A program made the translations under genes and the position numbers. A stretch of DNA of 63,944 nucleotides, counting the filler, from Octopus bimaculoides (taxonomy: Eukaryota): the NCBI RefSeq assembly GCF_001194135.2. It is 5 parts of 4 records of this genome, joined end to end, with 100 filler letters (N's around TTAATTAATTAA, not from the genome) between each part and the next. Parts side by side here need not be neighbours in the genome. Positions count along the whole stretch, not along the records: positions 61,179 to 63,944 come from NC_068988.1; 4 more parts are not named here. One strand, 5' to 3'. A model generated the notes under the pieces. The model ran no database searches, was not told where the DNA came from, and saw only the letters and a program-made list of their open reading frames with translations. Positions within the stretch are counted from its first letter, which is position 1. Every line of letters starts with the position of its first letter. Below are positions 63,741 through 63,944 of the stretch, piece after piece.

Positions 63741-63944
63741 ACCGGTGTGGATGTGTAGTAAGAATTTTGCTTCCTAACCATTTGGTCCTGAGTTCCAGTC
63801 CCGCTGTGTGGCACCTTGAACAAGTCTCTTCTACTATAGCCTCGCGCCAACTAAAGCCTCGTGAGTGGAATATCATAGACAGAAATTGAAAGAAGCAAGC
63901 CCAGTGTATGTGTGTTTGTGTGCGTGGGTTTGCGAGTGTCTGTT
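63741..63944 (+). mobile_element. SINE B, truncated by the window end
   Basis: GTAGTAAGAATTTTGCTTCCTAACC..GAGTTCCAGTCCC..GGCACCTTG..CTTCTACTATAGCCTCG. Confidence 0.85.

Overview
AT-rich, microsatellite-dense animal genomic DNA from a gapped draft assembly. The SINE families and repeat landscape look cephalopod (Octopus-like), which is an inference from recall and not from a search. The only host genes I can support form a small cluster of single-exon-CDS, Cys-rich-ectodomain family-B (Methuselah/adhesion-like) 7TM receptors on the + strand: a gap-interrupted, 5'-incomplete copy (12535-14533), an internally deleted pseudogene directly behind it (14850-15621), and an intact 667-aa ORF (29475-31478). 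The rest is mobile DNA and simple repeats: tRNA-headed SINEs (labelled A, B and C here), a (GAT)n-tailed retroelement family (D), decayed LINEs (R4/Dong-like RLE, Tx1/L1-like, RTE), an internally deleted Tc1/mariner element, a Helitron-like end and several fold-back elements. Two patterns stand out. (1) Five minimal type I hammerhead-ribozyme-like motifs, plus one decayed copy, from three unrelated non-coding repeat families, all with short palindromic or near-palindromic stem III. Two families carry non-canonical cores (CCGAUGA, CUGUUGA), and one pair sits in a perfect 175-bp palindrome just upstream of the intact receptor. (2) R4/Dong-like LINE 3' ends repeatedly end in (TAA)n tracts, three times in the (ATT)n tail of an oppositely oriented SINE A. 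Most ORFs in the supplied track are translations of microsatellites or N gaps. Repeat boundaries were placed by eye and are approximate unless a TSD or TIR is quoted.
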